Shown: positions 10,583 to 19,034 of the stretch, piece by piece | Numbering within the stretch: position 1 is the first letter of the stretch | How the letters are laid out: each line of letters opens with the position of its first letter | Assembly (NCBI GenBank): GCA_902588745.1 | Contig: CACIQI010000007.1 | Coordinates: 2,271-66,270 of the forward strand | From: an uncultured Alphaproteobacteria bacterium | GTDB lineage: Bacteria; Pseudomonadota; Alphaproteobacteria; HIMB59; GCA-002718135 | DNA length: 64,000 bases | Direction of reading: 5' to 3' | Made by a program: the position numbers and the translations under genes | Notes under the pieces: model-generated | The model's database searches: none | What the model was told of the DNA's origin: nothing | What the model saw: the letters and a program-made list of their open reading frames with translations, nothing else

Positions 10583-11878
10583 TTATGATCTGCTCGCATT
10601 AATTTGCTTAACAGCATCATTTAAAGCATCTTTAGCACTTTTCTTTTGAGTCAATGCTAATGAAACTTCATTTGATAATAATTCAACCCATTGATTTCTA
10701 TCTGCAGAAAAACCTGCGTCTACAGGATATAGATATGAGTCTTTAATAACACCTGCCATTGATATATTTTTCAGAACATCTGGATGATCTAGAGCAGGTT
10801 CTAAAGATGGTGCCCAAGGCGACGTTGAACCTTGCAATATCTGATTGTCAGGACTTAAAGCCATTTCAATAAATTGCATTCCTGCCTCAGGATTATCTGA
10901 ATATTTAGGTATTGCTAAAAATTCTGATCCATCCACAGATGCAGAAGTTTCTAATGCAGGAAGTGGTGCTATACCACTCATCCCTTGCACTGCAGAATCT
11001 TCTGTGAAATTTGCAATTCCACTAATAAATGGCCATGTTAAGAAAAATCCTCTTTTCCCTGCCATATAGCTTGGAGATGCATCAAATACCCAAGTGTAAG
11101 TAGGCGTAGCTGGGTCAATGATTTTATCTTTATGTAAAAGATCAACCATCATATTTAAAGCTTCAACACCCGCATCACTATTCATGATCGGATCTAGATT
11201 TTCATCTAAGAAACTTCCTCCATTCGCTTGAAGTAAAGCTCCAAAAGTCCAAAAACTATGAGTACCTGCCCAAGCATCAACAATACCATATATATCATTA
11301 TCAGGATCGTTAATTTCTTTAGCAAAACGAATAAGTTCGTTCCAAGAATTTTTTGTACGATGCCAATTATTAGGCGCTTCTGTATCCAATCCTGCATTTT
11401 TAAGTAAATTTTTATTCCAGTGCAGTACTGGGCAACCAATCGTAATTGGGGCAGCATAGACTTTGCCTTTGTAAGTTGCGGCAGTTAGACTGTTTTCCAT
11501 AACGCCATTTGGTTTTAATGTATCATTTACAAAATCACTCATATCCATCAACCAACCCTTATCAGCTAAACCAGCAATTTCTGAAGCAGTCACAAATATT
11601 GCATCACCTACACTTTTTCGTGCAATATACGCTGAATTTAATTTAACAGATAGATCTGGTGTTGTTACTGTTTCTATACTTGGTGTAACACCATATTTTT
11701 CTGCATAAGCAGGAGCTAAAGCTTGCAAATAATCCATATGTGAACCAAGCAAAAGACTAACTGGTTTAGTGTTAGCAGCAAATGCATACTTCATACCAAC
11801 TTGCGATAATAGAGTACCTGCAAGAGCAGCAGAACCTGTATGGTTAATAAACTTTCTCCTAGAGATCTTTTTTTTCAT
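10583..11878 (-). CDS. Sugar-type ABC transporter substrate-binding protein with twin-arginine signal peptide
   Basis: Start moved to ATG 11878, which follows a GGAGG RBS; N-terminus MKKKISRRKFI...AFA; family-1 SBP-like body (WNKNLLKNAGL). Confidence 0.88.
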   Translation of the reverse strand: MKKKISRRKFINHTGSAALAGTLLSQVGMKYAFAANTKPVSLLLGSHMDYLQALAPAYAEKYGVTPSIETVTTPDLSVKLNSAYIARKSVGDAIFVTASEIAGLADKGWLMDMSDFVNDTLKPNGVMENSLTAATYKGKVYAAPITIGCPVLHWNKNLLKNAGLDTEAPNNWHRTKNSWNELIRFAKEINDPDNDIYGIVDAWAGTHSFWTFGALLQANGGSFLDENLDPIMNSDAGVEALNMMVDLLHKDKIIDPATPTYTWVFDASPSYMAGKRGFFLTWPFISGIANFTEDSAVQGMSGIAPLPALETSASVDGSEFLAIPKYSDNPEAGMQFIEMALSPDNQILQGSTSPWAPSLEPALDHPDVLKNISMAGVIKDSYLYPVDAGFSADRNQWVELLSNEVSLALTQKKSAKDALNDAVKQINASRS

Positions 11879-12046
11879 TTTACCCTCCATTAAAATGATT
11901 ATCAAAAGATTGAACCGTATTTAAAATATAAAGTCAATAATGAACGAATTTAATTTCTCTAATTTATTTAAACTTAAACTTTAATAGTAAAAATTAATTA
12001 AAAATCTGTATTTTTGATATTCTATAAAATTATATATATATTTCTT

Positions 12047-12065
12047 ATATGCATTTTATGCATAT
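12047..12065. promoter_or_regulatory. Palindrome containing a LysR-type T-N11-A box
   Basis: ATATGCAT-TTT-ATGCATAT, a perfect 8-bp inverted repeat in the divergent intergenic region. Confidence 0.55.
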
Positions 12066-12133
12066 CAAAATTCAGAAATTTATACTGTTATTGCATATAA
12101 AAGTTATTATATAAAACATGAAAGGAATTTTAT

Positions 12134-12310
12134 ATGATTAATGTTTTTAATTTTTTTAACAAAGTATATGAAGATTTAAGTGAGAAAAACTACAATAGTG
12201 ATCAGGATTTAATAAAATATTTTAAATCTGAATATGGAAAGGAATGGAAAATAGAATTAGATAAACATCTTTTAAAAACTGAATTTGATATAAATAAGAA
12301 AGCCGCATAA
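12134..12310 (+). CDS. Small hypothetical protein (58 aa), absent from the ORF track
   Basis: AAAGGA RBS at 12121, ATG at 12134, MINVFNFFNKVYEDLSEKNYNSDQDLIKYFKSEYGKEWKIELDKHLLKTEFDINKKAA*, terminator at the stop. Confidence 0.7.
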   Translation: MINVFNFFNKVYEDLSEKNYNSDQDLIKYFKSEYGKEWKIELDKHLLKTEFDINKKAA

Positions 12311-12320
12311 TCGGCGGCTT
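12300..12320. terminator. GC-rich hairpin, probable bidirectional intrinsic terminator
   Basis: AAGCCGC-ATAATCG-GCGGCTT between the convergent small ORF and the aminopeptidase P gene. Confidence 0.65.
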
Positions 12321-12323
12321 AAC

Positions 12324-14090
12324 TTAAATTTTCACAGTTACTCTCTTAAGCCAATTTCTCTCTTCTTCTTCAAGGAAAGACTCTAATTTTTCATACACCT
12401 GTGAGTGATATTTATTTAGCCACTCCTTCTCAATTTCATTTAATAGAGTGCTATCAATAAGATCTGAATCAATTGGACACCAAGAAATGGTTTCAAAGTA
12501 TAATTTTTTATTAGCATTTTCATTAATAACAACTAAGTTTTCAGTTCTTATCCCATATTCATTTTCTTTATAATATCCAGGTTCATTGGATAAAATCATT
12601 CCTGGAAGTAACTCAACGTTATCAAACATTGATTTTTTTGCAATACGTTGTGGGGCTTCATGAACACTTAAAAAACTTCCAATACCGTGACCAGTCCCAT
12701 GATCATAATCTAAATTAATTTCTTGCAAGCTTTTTCTTGCCAGATAATCAATATCAGTGCCTTTTGTTCCTTTGTCAAAAACATGATTTGATAGAGCAAT
12801 ATGACCTTTAAGAACTCTCGTAAATCTATCTTTTTGTTCTGTTGTTGCTTGTCCTAAAATTATAGTTCTAGTTATATCTGTTGTTCCATCTAAATATTGC
12901 CCTCCTGAGTCAACAAGATAAATATTATTATCTGAGAAAGATGACTTTCCTTCTTCAGTAACACGGTAATGGGGAAGGGCTGCATTTTTATCAATTGCTG
13001 ATATTGTATCAAAAGATAGAGAATGAAATAATTCATTTTTTTTTCGAAGATTTTCTAAATGATGTGCAACACTTATTTCATCATTTGATTTAGGATCCAT
13101 TATATTTTTTAACCAATAAATATATTTAGTTATACTAACACCATCTCTTATATTTGCTTTTTTAGCTCCTTCTAGTTCAATTTCATTTTTTATAGCTTTT
13201 AACAAAATACATGGATTTTCTAAATTTTTAGTTTTTATTTTTTGTTTTTTTAGAAGATCCAAAAAATAATATGTTGTTGAATTAAAATCTAAACCAATTG
13301 ATTCAGATGCATTAATGTTATTGAAAATTGATCCTATGTTTTCAATATTATTAATATTTATTAGTGTTTGGATTTCCTTTTTTAGTATTTCTGGCATTGC
13401 AGACTTTTTAATATAGAAAGAATGTTTATTATTTTTTGAAATTAGAAGATAGGAATAAAGCAGCGGTGTATATTTAATATCATCTGCTCTCAAATTTAAT
13501 ACCCAAGCAATATTATCAAGCCCAGAAATAAAATAATGATCAATTTCATTTTTATCTAAAAATTTTTTTAAAATGTCTAATTTTTCACGTCTTCCCTGAC
13601 CAGCAAAACTTGTTGAGTGGTCGAATATATCTGTATACTGAGTTTTTGGTTGATTTTCCCATATTAAATCAACAAAATTTTTATCTATTAATTGAAGTTT
13701 AGATTTTGAATTCTCTAACATTTTCTCCACTTTTTCAATTTCTACAATTGAATGAAGAGTTGGATCTAATGCAATTTTATGTTCTTCTTCTAATAAAATT
13801 TTTTCTAAATCTGTCCAAAAGCTTTTTAAATGTTTTGCTTGAATTTGTTTGGCATTAATTTGAGTGTTTGCTTGAAATGTATATCGTCCATCAACATACA
13901 AGAAGGCATCTGTTGGCGTTATAATTGCTCTTCCTGCAGAACCAGAAAAGTTTGTTATAAAATTTAATCTTTCTGCATTTGGAGAAATATATTCATTTAA
14001 ATATTCATCACTTCTATTAATGACAAATATATCGATATCTTTTTCTTTTAATAGTTTTTGTAATTTTTCTAAATTTGATTGATTGATCAT
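12324..14090 (-). CDS. Xaa-Pro aminopeptidase (aminopeptidase P, M24B)
   Basis: FSGSAG, VDGRY, DSGGQYLDGTTDITRT, HGTGHGIG, VHEAP, SNEPGYY, GIRTEN. Confidence 0.93.
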   Translation of the reverse strand: MINQSNLEKLQKLLKEKDIDIFVINRSDEYLNEYISPNAERLNFITNFSGSAGRAIITPTDAFLYVDGRYTFQANTQINAKQIQAKHLKSFWTDLEKILLEEEHKIALDPTLHSIVEIEKVEKMLENSKSKLQLIDKNFVDLIWENQPKTQYTDIFDHSTSFAGQGRREKLDILKKFLDKNEIDHYFISGLDNIAWVLNLRADDIKYTPLLYSYLLISKNNKHSFYIKKSAMPEILKKEIQTLININNIENIGSIFNNINASESIGLDFNSTTYYFLDLLKKQKIKTKNLENPCILLKAIKNEIELEGAKKANIRDGVSITKYIYWLKNIMDPKSNDEISVAHHLENLRKKNELFHSLSFDTISAIDKNAALPHYRVTEEGKSSFSDNNIYLVDSGGQYLDGTTDITRTIILGQATTEQKDRFTRVLKGHIALSNHVFDKGTKGTDIDYLARKSLQEINLDYDHGTGHGIGSFLSVHEAPQRIAKKSMFDNVELLPGMILSNEPGYYKENEYGIRTENLVVINENANKKLYFETISWCPIDSDLIDSTLLNEIEKEWLNKYHSQVYEKLESFLEEEERNWLKRVTVKI

Positions 14091-15052
14091 AATTTATTAA
14101 ATAAATTTAAATCAATATTACCACCAGAAATCATAACGATAATCTTTTTATTTTTCACATCAATTTTATTGTTTAGTACTGCAGCTGCAGCAACAGCTCC
14201 TCCTGGTTCGACTACTATTTTAAGTTGTTCAGCTAGTAAAATTATGGTCTCTGTTACTTCTTTATCAGATACACTTAATCCTCCTTCAAGATTATTTGAA
14301 TTAATTTGAAAGGTTATATTTCCAGGTTGTGGTGCTAATAGTGCATCACAAAATGATTTAGCATTTTTTTTATTTTCAATAAGTTTACCAGCTTCTAAAG
14401 ATCTTTTAGTATCATCAAATTCGTCAGGCTCTACAGAATATGATTTTATATTTGGGTAGATATGTTTTAAGTATGTTGATGTTCCTGCAATAAGCCCTCC
14501 ACCTCCACAACAACATAAATAAAAATCAGGTTCAATTGATTGCTCTTTCAAATCATTTACAATTTCTATAGCTGCAGTTCCCTGACCAGCAATTACATCT
14601 TCATCATCATAAGGTTTAATTAGAGCTCTATTATCCTTCTTTTGAATTTCATTTCCTATCTGTTCTCTGCTTTGAAAATAAGTGTCATATAATATCACCT
14701 CTGCTCCATATTTTTTTGTATTTTCAATTTTTATTTTAGGTGCAGTTTTAGGCATTATTATTTTTGCACTAATGTTATTAATCATAGATGCATAAGCAAC
14801 AGCTTGTGCATGATTACCTGATGAATATGCCACTACACCTGAGTCTTTTACATTTTCTATTAATTTTGTAATTTTATGTGTAGCTCCACGTAGTTTAAAT
14901 GATCCAGTATTTTGTAAATTTTCAAGTTTAAAATAAATTTCTGCTTCTAAAAGATTATTTATATAATCATTAGTTACCAAAGGAGTTTTTGTTACCTTTT
15001 GATTGATTAATTTATAAGCATTATCAACATTTAAATAGCTAAAATCAGTCAT
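14087..15052 (-). CDS. PLP-dependent threonine/serine dehydratase (short form, no ACT domain)
   Basis: KLENLQNTGSFKLRGA, SSGNHAQ, GGGGL, VEPGGA, SGGN. Confidence 0.88.
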   Translation of the reverse strand: MTDFSYLNVDNAYKLINQKVTKTPLVTNDYINNLLEAEIYFKLENLQNTGSFKLRGATHKITKLIENVKDSGVVAYSSGNHAQAVAYASMINNISAKIIMPKTAPKIKIENTKKYGAEVILYDTYFQSREQIGNEIQKKDNRALIKPYDDEDVIAGQGTAAIEIVNDLKEQSIEPDFYLCCCGGGGLIAGTSTYLKHIYPNIKSYSVEPDEFDDTKRSLEAGKLIENKKNAKSFCDALLAPQPGNITFQINSNNLEGGLSVSDKEVTETIILLAEQLKIVVEPGGAVAAAAVLNNKIDVKNKKIIVMISGGNIDLNLFNKL

Positions 15053-15101
15053 AATTTTAAAGTTTTACATCGTTTTAATGGAATAAACTAAAAAAAAATA
15101 T

Positions 15102-15386
15102 ATGTATATTATCATGGAACAGAACAAAGTAACTTCGCCTTGCATTAGCGTATGTAAAACTGACCCAATCTCGGGGTATTGCTATGGCTGTGGAAGAACT
15201 AATGAAGAGAAAGCTATTTGGAAAGATGAAAATACTTCAAATGAATGGAAACAAAATAATTTATCTGAACTAAAATCTAGATTATCAGATTGGCAGTTAG
15301 AGGCATTTGAAGAATCTTATAAATCTAAGGTTGAAACAGGTTTATCTCTTATTAAGAAAAAATTAGCAGAAAATCGTAAAAATTGA
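15102..15386 (+). CDS. DUF1289 family Cys-rich protein
   Basis: SPCISVC...GYCYGCGRT..E...W. Confidence 0.8.
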   Translation: MYIIMEQNKVTSPCISVCKTDPISGYCYGCGRTNEEKAIWKDENTSNEWKQNNLSELKSRLSDWQLEAFEESYKSKVETGLSLIKKKLAENRKN

Positions 15387-15946
15387 AAAGTTTAATAATT
15401 TTTATTTTTATTTTATTTTTTTCATTCAATCTTCAATCTCAAAATAAAATGATACTTGATAACTTAGAAACACCTGGAATTTCTTCTCAAGGTCAAAATT
15501 GGGCTTTTTTTACTGACGGAGTAATGGGTGGATTATCCCAAGGTAAAGCGATCATCTCAAAAGTTAATGATGTTAATTGTTATCATATGACAGGAGATGT
15601 CACGACTGAAAATAACGGTGGCTTTATACAAATAAGAAATCAATTAAAACCTTCAATATCAACAGAAGAGTTTGAGGGTATTTATTTTAAAGTGTTTGGT
15701 AATAATGAAGAGTATTCAATTCATGTAAGAACCGCTCTAACGATGGCTCCATGGCAATATTATAAATATAGTTTTAAAACTAATTCTGAGTGGAAAGTAA
15801 TAAAAGCACCCTTTAGTGAATTTAAAAAATCAAATGCATATCAACCTAAAAAATTAGTTGGTCAGAATATCAAGACATTAGGTCTGGTTGCTGGATTTAA
15901 AGATTTTCAAGCAGATATTTGTTTATCAGAGATTGGCTTTTATTAA
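15383..15946 (+). CDS. CIA30 family protein with signal peptide
   Basis: W...TDGVMGGLSQG, ENNGGFIQIR; hydrophobic N-terminus. Confidence 0.82.
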   Translation: MKSLIIFIFILFFSFNLQSQNKMILDNLETPGISSQGQNWAFFTDGVMGGLSQGKAIISKVNDVNCYHMTGDVTTENNGGFIQIRNQLKPSISTEEFEGIYFKVFGNNEEYSIHVRTALTMAPWQYYKYSFKTNSEWKVIKAPFSEFKKSNAYQPKKLVGQNIKTLGLVAGFKDFQADICLSEIGFY

Positions 15947-16677
15947 TAATCTATTTTCAATAAATACAATCCTTCGGGTGGCGCAGTAACCCCAGCAAAT
16001 TCTCTTTTTTTGGATTGAATAATTTCTGTAATTGATTTTTCTATTTTACTAAGTCCTATATCAACCAGTGTACCAACCATGATTCTAACTTGAGAATGTA
16101 AAAAGGATTTAGCTGATATTAAAAAATTTATTTCATCATGATTAAAATTTATATCCAATGAATTAATAGATTTAATTGGTGATTTCGATTGGCAATTTAT
16201 TGACCTAAAAGCAGACAAATCAAATTTTCCTATAAATTGTTGTGATTGTTTTATTATTTTTTCAGCATCTATTTTTTTATGTACACACCAAACTTTGTTT
16301 TGCTCTAACGTAATTGGTGACCTTCTATTTAAGATCTTGTATTCATACCATCTTAATTTTGCTGAAAATCTAGAATTAAAATCTTTATCTACTTTTTCAG
16401 CATGTAAAATAGATATGGGCTGGGGTCTTAGATAATGATTAATGCCATCTCTAATAGTATCGGTATCAAAATTTTGCTCTAATTCAAAATTAGCTACCTG
16501 CCCTCTTGCATGAACGCCTGCATCTGTTCGACCAGCACCAAAAAGTATTATTTTTTGTTTTGATAGTTTTGCTATTGCCTCTTCAACCAATTGTTGAATA
16601 GAAGAACCATTTTCTTGACGTTGCCAACCAACATAATTAGTCCCGTCATATTCTAATATTATCTTGTAGTTAGGCAT
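15943..16677 (-). CDS. truA: tRNA pseudouridine(38-40) synthase
   Basis: EYDGTNYVGWQRQ, GAGRTDAGVHA, QVRIMVGTL. Confidence 0.96.
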   Translation of the reverse strand: MPNYKIILEYDGTNYVGWQRQENGSSIQQLVEEAIAKLSKQKIILFGAGRTDAGVHARGQVANFELEQNFDTDTIRDGINHYLRPQPISILHAEKVDKDFNSRFSAKLRWYEYKILNRRSPITLEQNKVWCVHKKIDAEKIIKQSQQFIGKFDLSAFRSINCQSKSPIKSINSLDINFNHDEINFLISAKSFLHSQVRIMVGTLVDIGLSKIEKSITEIIQSKKREFAGVTAPPEGLYLLKIDY

Positions 16678-17593
16678 TTATTATATCATTAATCTTAAGG
16701 CTATAACCTCGAAGAAAATCATCTTTAGAAATAGCATTTTTGCCTTCTCTTTGTAAAATTAGTGGTTCAATACTTCCATCATTGCAACCAATATCAAAGG
16801 TCTCGTTAAGAATTGTCGATGCATTACCAATAGAATTTGATTTTCTTGCTTTAATGATCTTAATTCTTTCATTTTGTATAGTAAACCAAGCACCAGGTTT
16901 AGGAGAATGTGCTCTTATAAGATTTAAAACTTCATTTACAGATTTATTAAAATTAATTTTTCTGTTTATTGAAGAAATTTTATTTGCATACGTTGCATCA
17001 TTATCATCCTGGTCAGAATAAGAAATTTTTTTGTCAAATATAAGAGGAATAGTTTCTATTAATAATTTTATTCCAACGTCTGTTAATTTTTGACTTAATT
17101 CATTTTTATTACAATCATCTTCTATATCTACTTTTTTTTGCTTAATAATTGGTCCAGCATCTAATTTTTCGATTAGCTGTATTATTGATATACCTGTCTC
17201 TTTATCACCATTCATTAAAGAATGCTCTATTGGGGCTGCACCCCTCCATCTAGGCAACAAAGAGACATGGATATTGATACAACCAAATGGTGGTAAATCT
17301 AAAATATCTTTTGGCAATATTTTACCGTATGCCATGACAATAATTAAATCAGGATTTAATTCTTTCACTGTCTCAATAGTATTTTTATCAAATATATTTG
17401 GACAAAAAACTTCAATGTTATTTTTATTAGCAAGTTGATGGACATCAGATTCAATTATTTTCATTCCTCTAGATTTCTTTTTTGGGGGTTGTGAAAATAC
17501 AGCGGTAATTATGAAATTACTTTTAATTAAAGCCTCAAGATAGTCAGAGGCTATTTTTGGTGAACCCATAAAAATTATTTTCTTATTATTCAT
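16670..17593 (-). CDS. fmt: Methionyl-tRNA formyltransferase
   Basis: FMGSP, NIHVSLLPRWRGAAPI, LDAGP. Confidence 0.96.
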   Translation of the reverse strand: MNNKKIIFMGSPKIASDYLEALIKSNFIITAVFSQPPKKKSRGMKIIESDVHQLANKNNIEVFCPNIFDKNTIETVKELNPDLIIVMAYGKILPKDILDLPPFGCINIHVSLLPRWRGAAPIEHSLMNGDKETGISIIQLIEKLDAGPIIKQKKVDIEDDCNKNELSQKLTDVGIKLLIETIPLIFDKKISYSDQDDNDATYANKISSINRKINFNKSVNEVLNLIRAHSPKPGAWFTIQNERIKIIKARKSNSIGNASTILNETFDIGCNDGSIEPLILQREGKNAISKDDFLRGYSLKINDIINA

Positions 17594-18102
17594 TATTTTT
17601 TGTTTTTTAAAAATTTTTGTACCTTTTTGATCATTATATTCCTTTTTAATGAAGAAAGATAATCTACAAATAATTTTCCAGAAAGATGATCAATTTCATG
17701 TTGTAAAATTCTTGACTCCACTCCACTAACTTCTTTTGTTATTTGTTTGTTATTTTCATCCAAGTACTCGACTACTATATTTTGAGGTCTCTCAATTTCT
17801 GCAAATTGTTCAGGAAGAGATAAACAACCCTCTTCCATGACAATTTTTTCTTGAGAGTATGAAACAATATTTGGGTTAAACAATGTATATTGTTTTTCTT
17901 TTTTAGTCTCTTGATCTACAAAAAATATAGTCACAATTTGTTTTAGAATTCCAATTTGATTTGCTGCTAAACCTACACCTGGTGCTTTTATCATTATTTG
18001 CATCATTTTTTTGGCAATTTCTTTTTCCTTAATTCCAACAGACTGAATTTTATCTGCTTTTTGGCGTAATAATGGATTTGGTACGTAAAGTAATTTATCC
18101 AT
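17593..18102 (-). CDS. def: Peptide deformylase
   Basis: GVGLAANQ, EGCLS, QHEIDHL. Confidence 0.96.
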   Translation of the reverse strand: MDKLLYVPNPLLRQKADKIQSVGIKEKEIAKKMMQIMIKAPGVGLAANQIGILKQIVTIFFVDQETKKEKQYTLFNPNIVSYSQEKIVMEEGCLSLPEQFAEIERPQNIVVEYLDENNKQITKEVSGVESRILQHEIDHLSGKLFVDYLSSLKRNIMIKKVQKFLKNKK

Positions 18103-18108
18103 TTTTAT

Positions 18109-18708
18109 TTATGTAATTTTTTTTCTAGATTGGAATGCTGTATTTAATGTGTTTTCATCTAAGTAGTGTACTTCTCCACCCATAGGGATTCCTTGTGCAA
18201 GTCTTGTTACATTTAAATCTTTAAATTTTTCCAGCTTATCTGCAATAACAAAAGATGTTGTTTGTCCTTCCATAGTTGTACTTAAGGCAAGAATAATTTC
18301 TTTAACATTGTTTGTTTCAATTCTCTTTAGTAGATGTTCTATTTTCAATTCATCAGTTCCTATACCTTGTATTGCTGATAATGAACCACCTAAAACATTA
18401 TAGAGGCCACGATAAAATCCTACTTTTTCTAATGTCCACAAATCTGACACATCCTCAACAACACAAATAGTTGCTTTATCTCTTTTAGGATTTGCACAAA
18501 TATTGCATGGATTTACCATGTCTATATTTCCACATTCTGAACACTCAATAATTTTATTATAAGATAAGTTTAAACTCTCAATTAAAGGAGATAAATTTTT
18601 ATCTTTATTTTTTAATAAAAAAAGAGCAATTCTTTGAGCCGATCTTCTTCCTAATCCTGGAAGTTTTGAAATATCGTTTATTAGTTTATCTATTGGGGAT
18701 TGCTCCAT
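18109..18708 (-). CDS. recR: Recombination mediator RecR
   Basis: LPGLGRRSAQR, C4 zinc finger, CVVE, TOPRIM domain. Confidence 0.96.
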   Translation of the reverse strand: MEQSPIDKLINDISKLPGLGRRSAQRIALFLLKNKDKNLSPLIESLNLSYNKIIECSECGNIDMVNPCNICANPKRDKATICVVEDVSDLWTLEKVGFYRGLYNVLGGSLSAIQGIGTDELKIEHLLKRIETNNVKEIILALSTTMEGQTTSFVIADKLEKFKDLNVTRLAQGIPMGGEVHYLDENTLNTAFQSRKKIT

Positions 18709-18710
18709 TT

Positions 18711-19034
18711 TTAGAAAGGAAGTTTCATTCCTGGAGGTAATGGTAGACCACCTGTGAGATTTTTCATTTCTTCTTGAGCTGCAGCTTCTCCTTTTTCTTT
18801 GGCATCATTTATTGCAGCTACAATCAGATCTTCAAGTATTTCTTTCTCCTCTTGCTTGATTAAGCTATCATCAATCGAAATTCTTTTAAAAATACCTTTT
18901 GCTGTAGCTGTTACTTTAATAAGACCTCCTCCAGAAGTACCTTCAACTTCAATATCATTTAATTTATTCTGTGCTTCAGCCATTTTCTTTTGCAACTGTT
19001 GAGCTTGCTTCATCATATTACCTAAATTAACCAT
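18711..19034 (-). CDS. ybaB: YbaB/EbfC nucleoid-associated protein
   Basis: MMKQAQQLQ, SGGGLIKV, LEDLIVAAINDA; lies between dnaX and recR. Confidence 0.94.
   Translation of the reverse strand: MVNLGNMMKQAQQLQKKMAEAQNKLNDIEVEGTSGGGLIKVTATAKGIFKRISIDDSLIKQEEKEILEDLIVAAINDAKEKGEAAAQEEMKNLTGGLPLPPGMKLPF

Noticed and set aside
10845-11457. Short ORFs 10845-11069 (+) and 11206-11457 (-) inside the SBP gene
   Set aside because: They are antisense or alternate-frame shadows of a well-supported gene, with no motifs or RBS.
11909-11953. TTGACT-17-TTCAAT promoter-like element and imperfect repeat TGAAC(C)GWATTTAA upstream of the SBP
   Set aside because: The -10 is weak and the repeat is degenerate, so it cannot be distinguished from background without comparative data.
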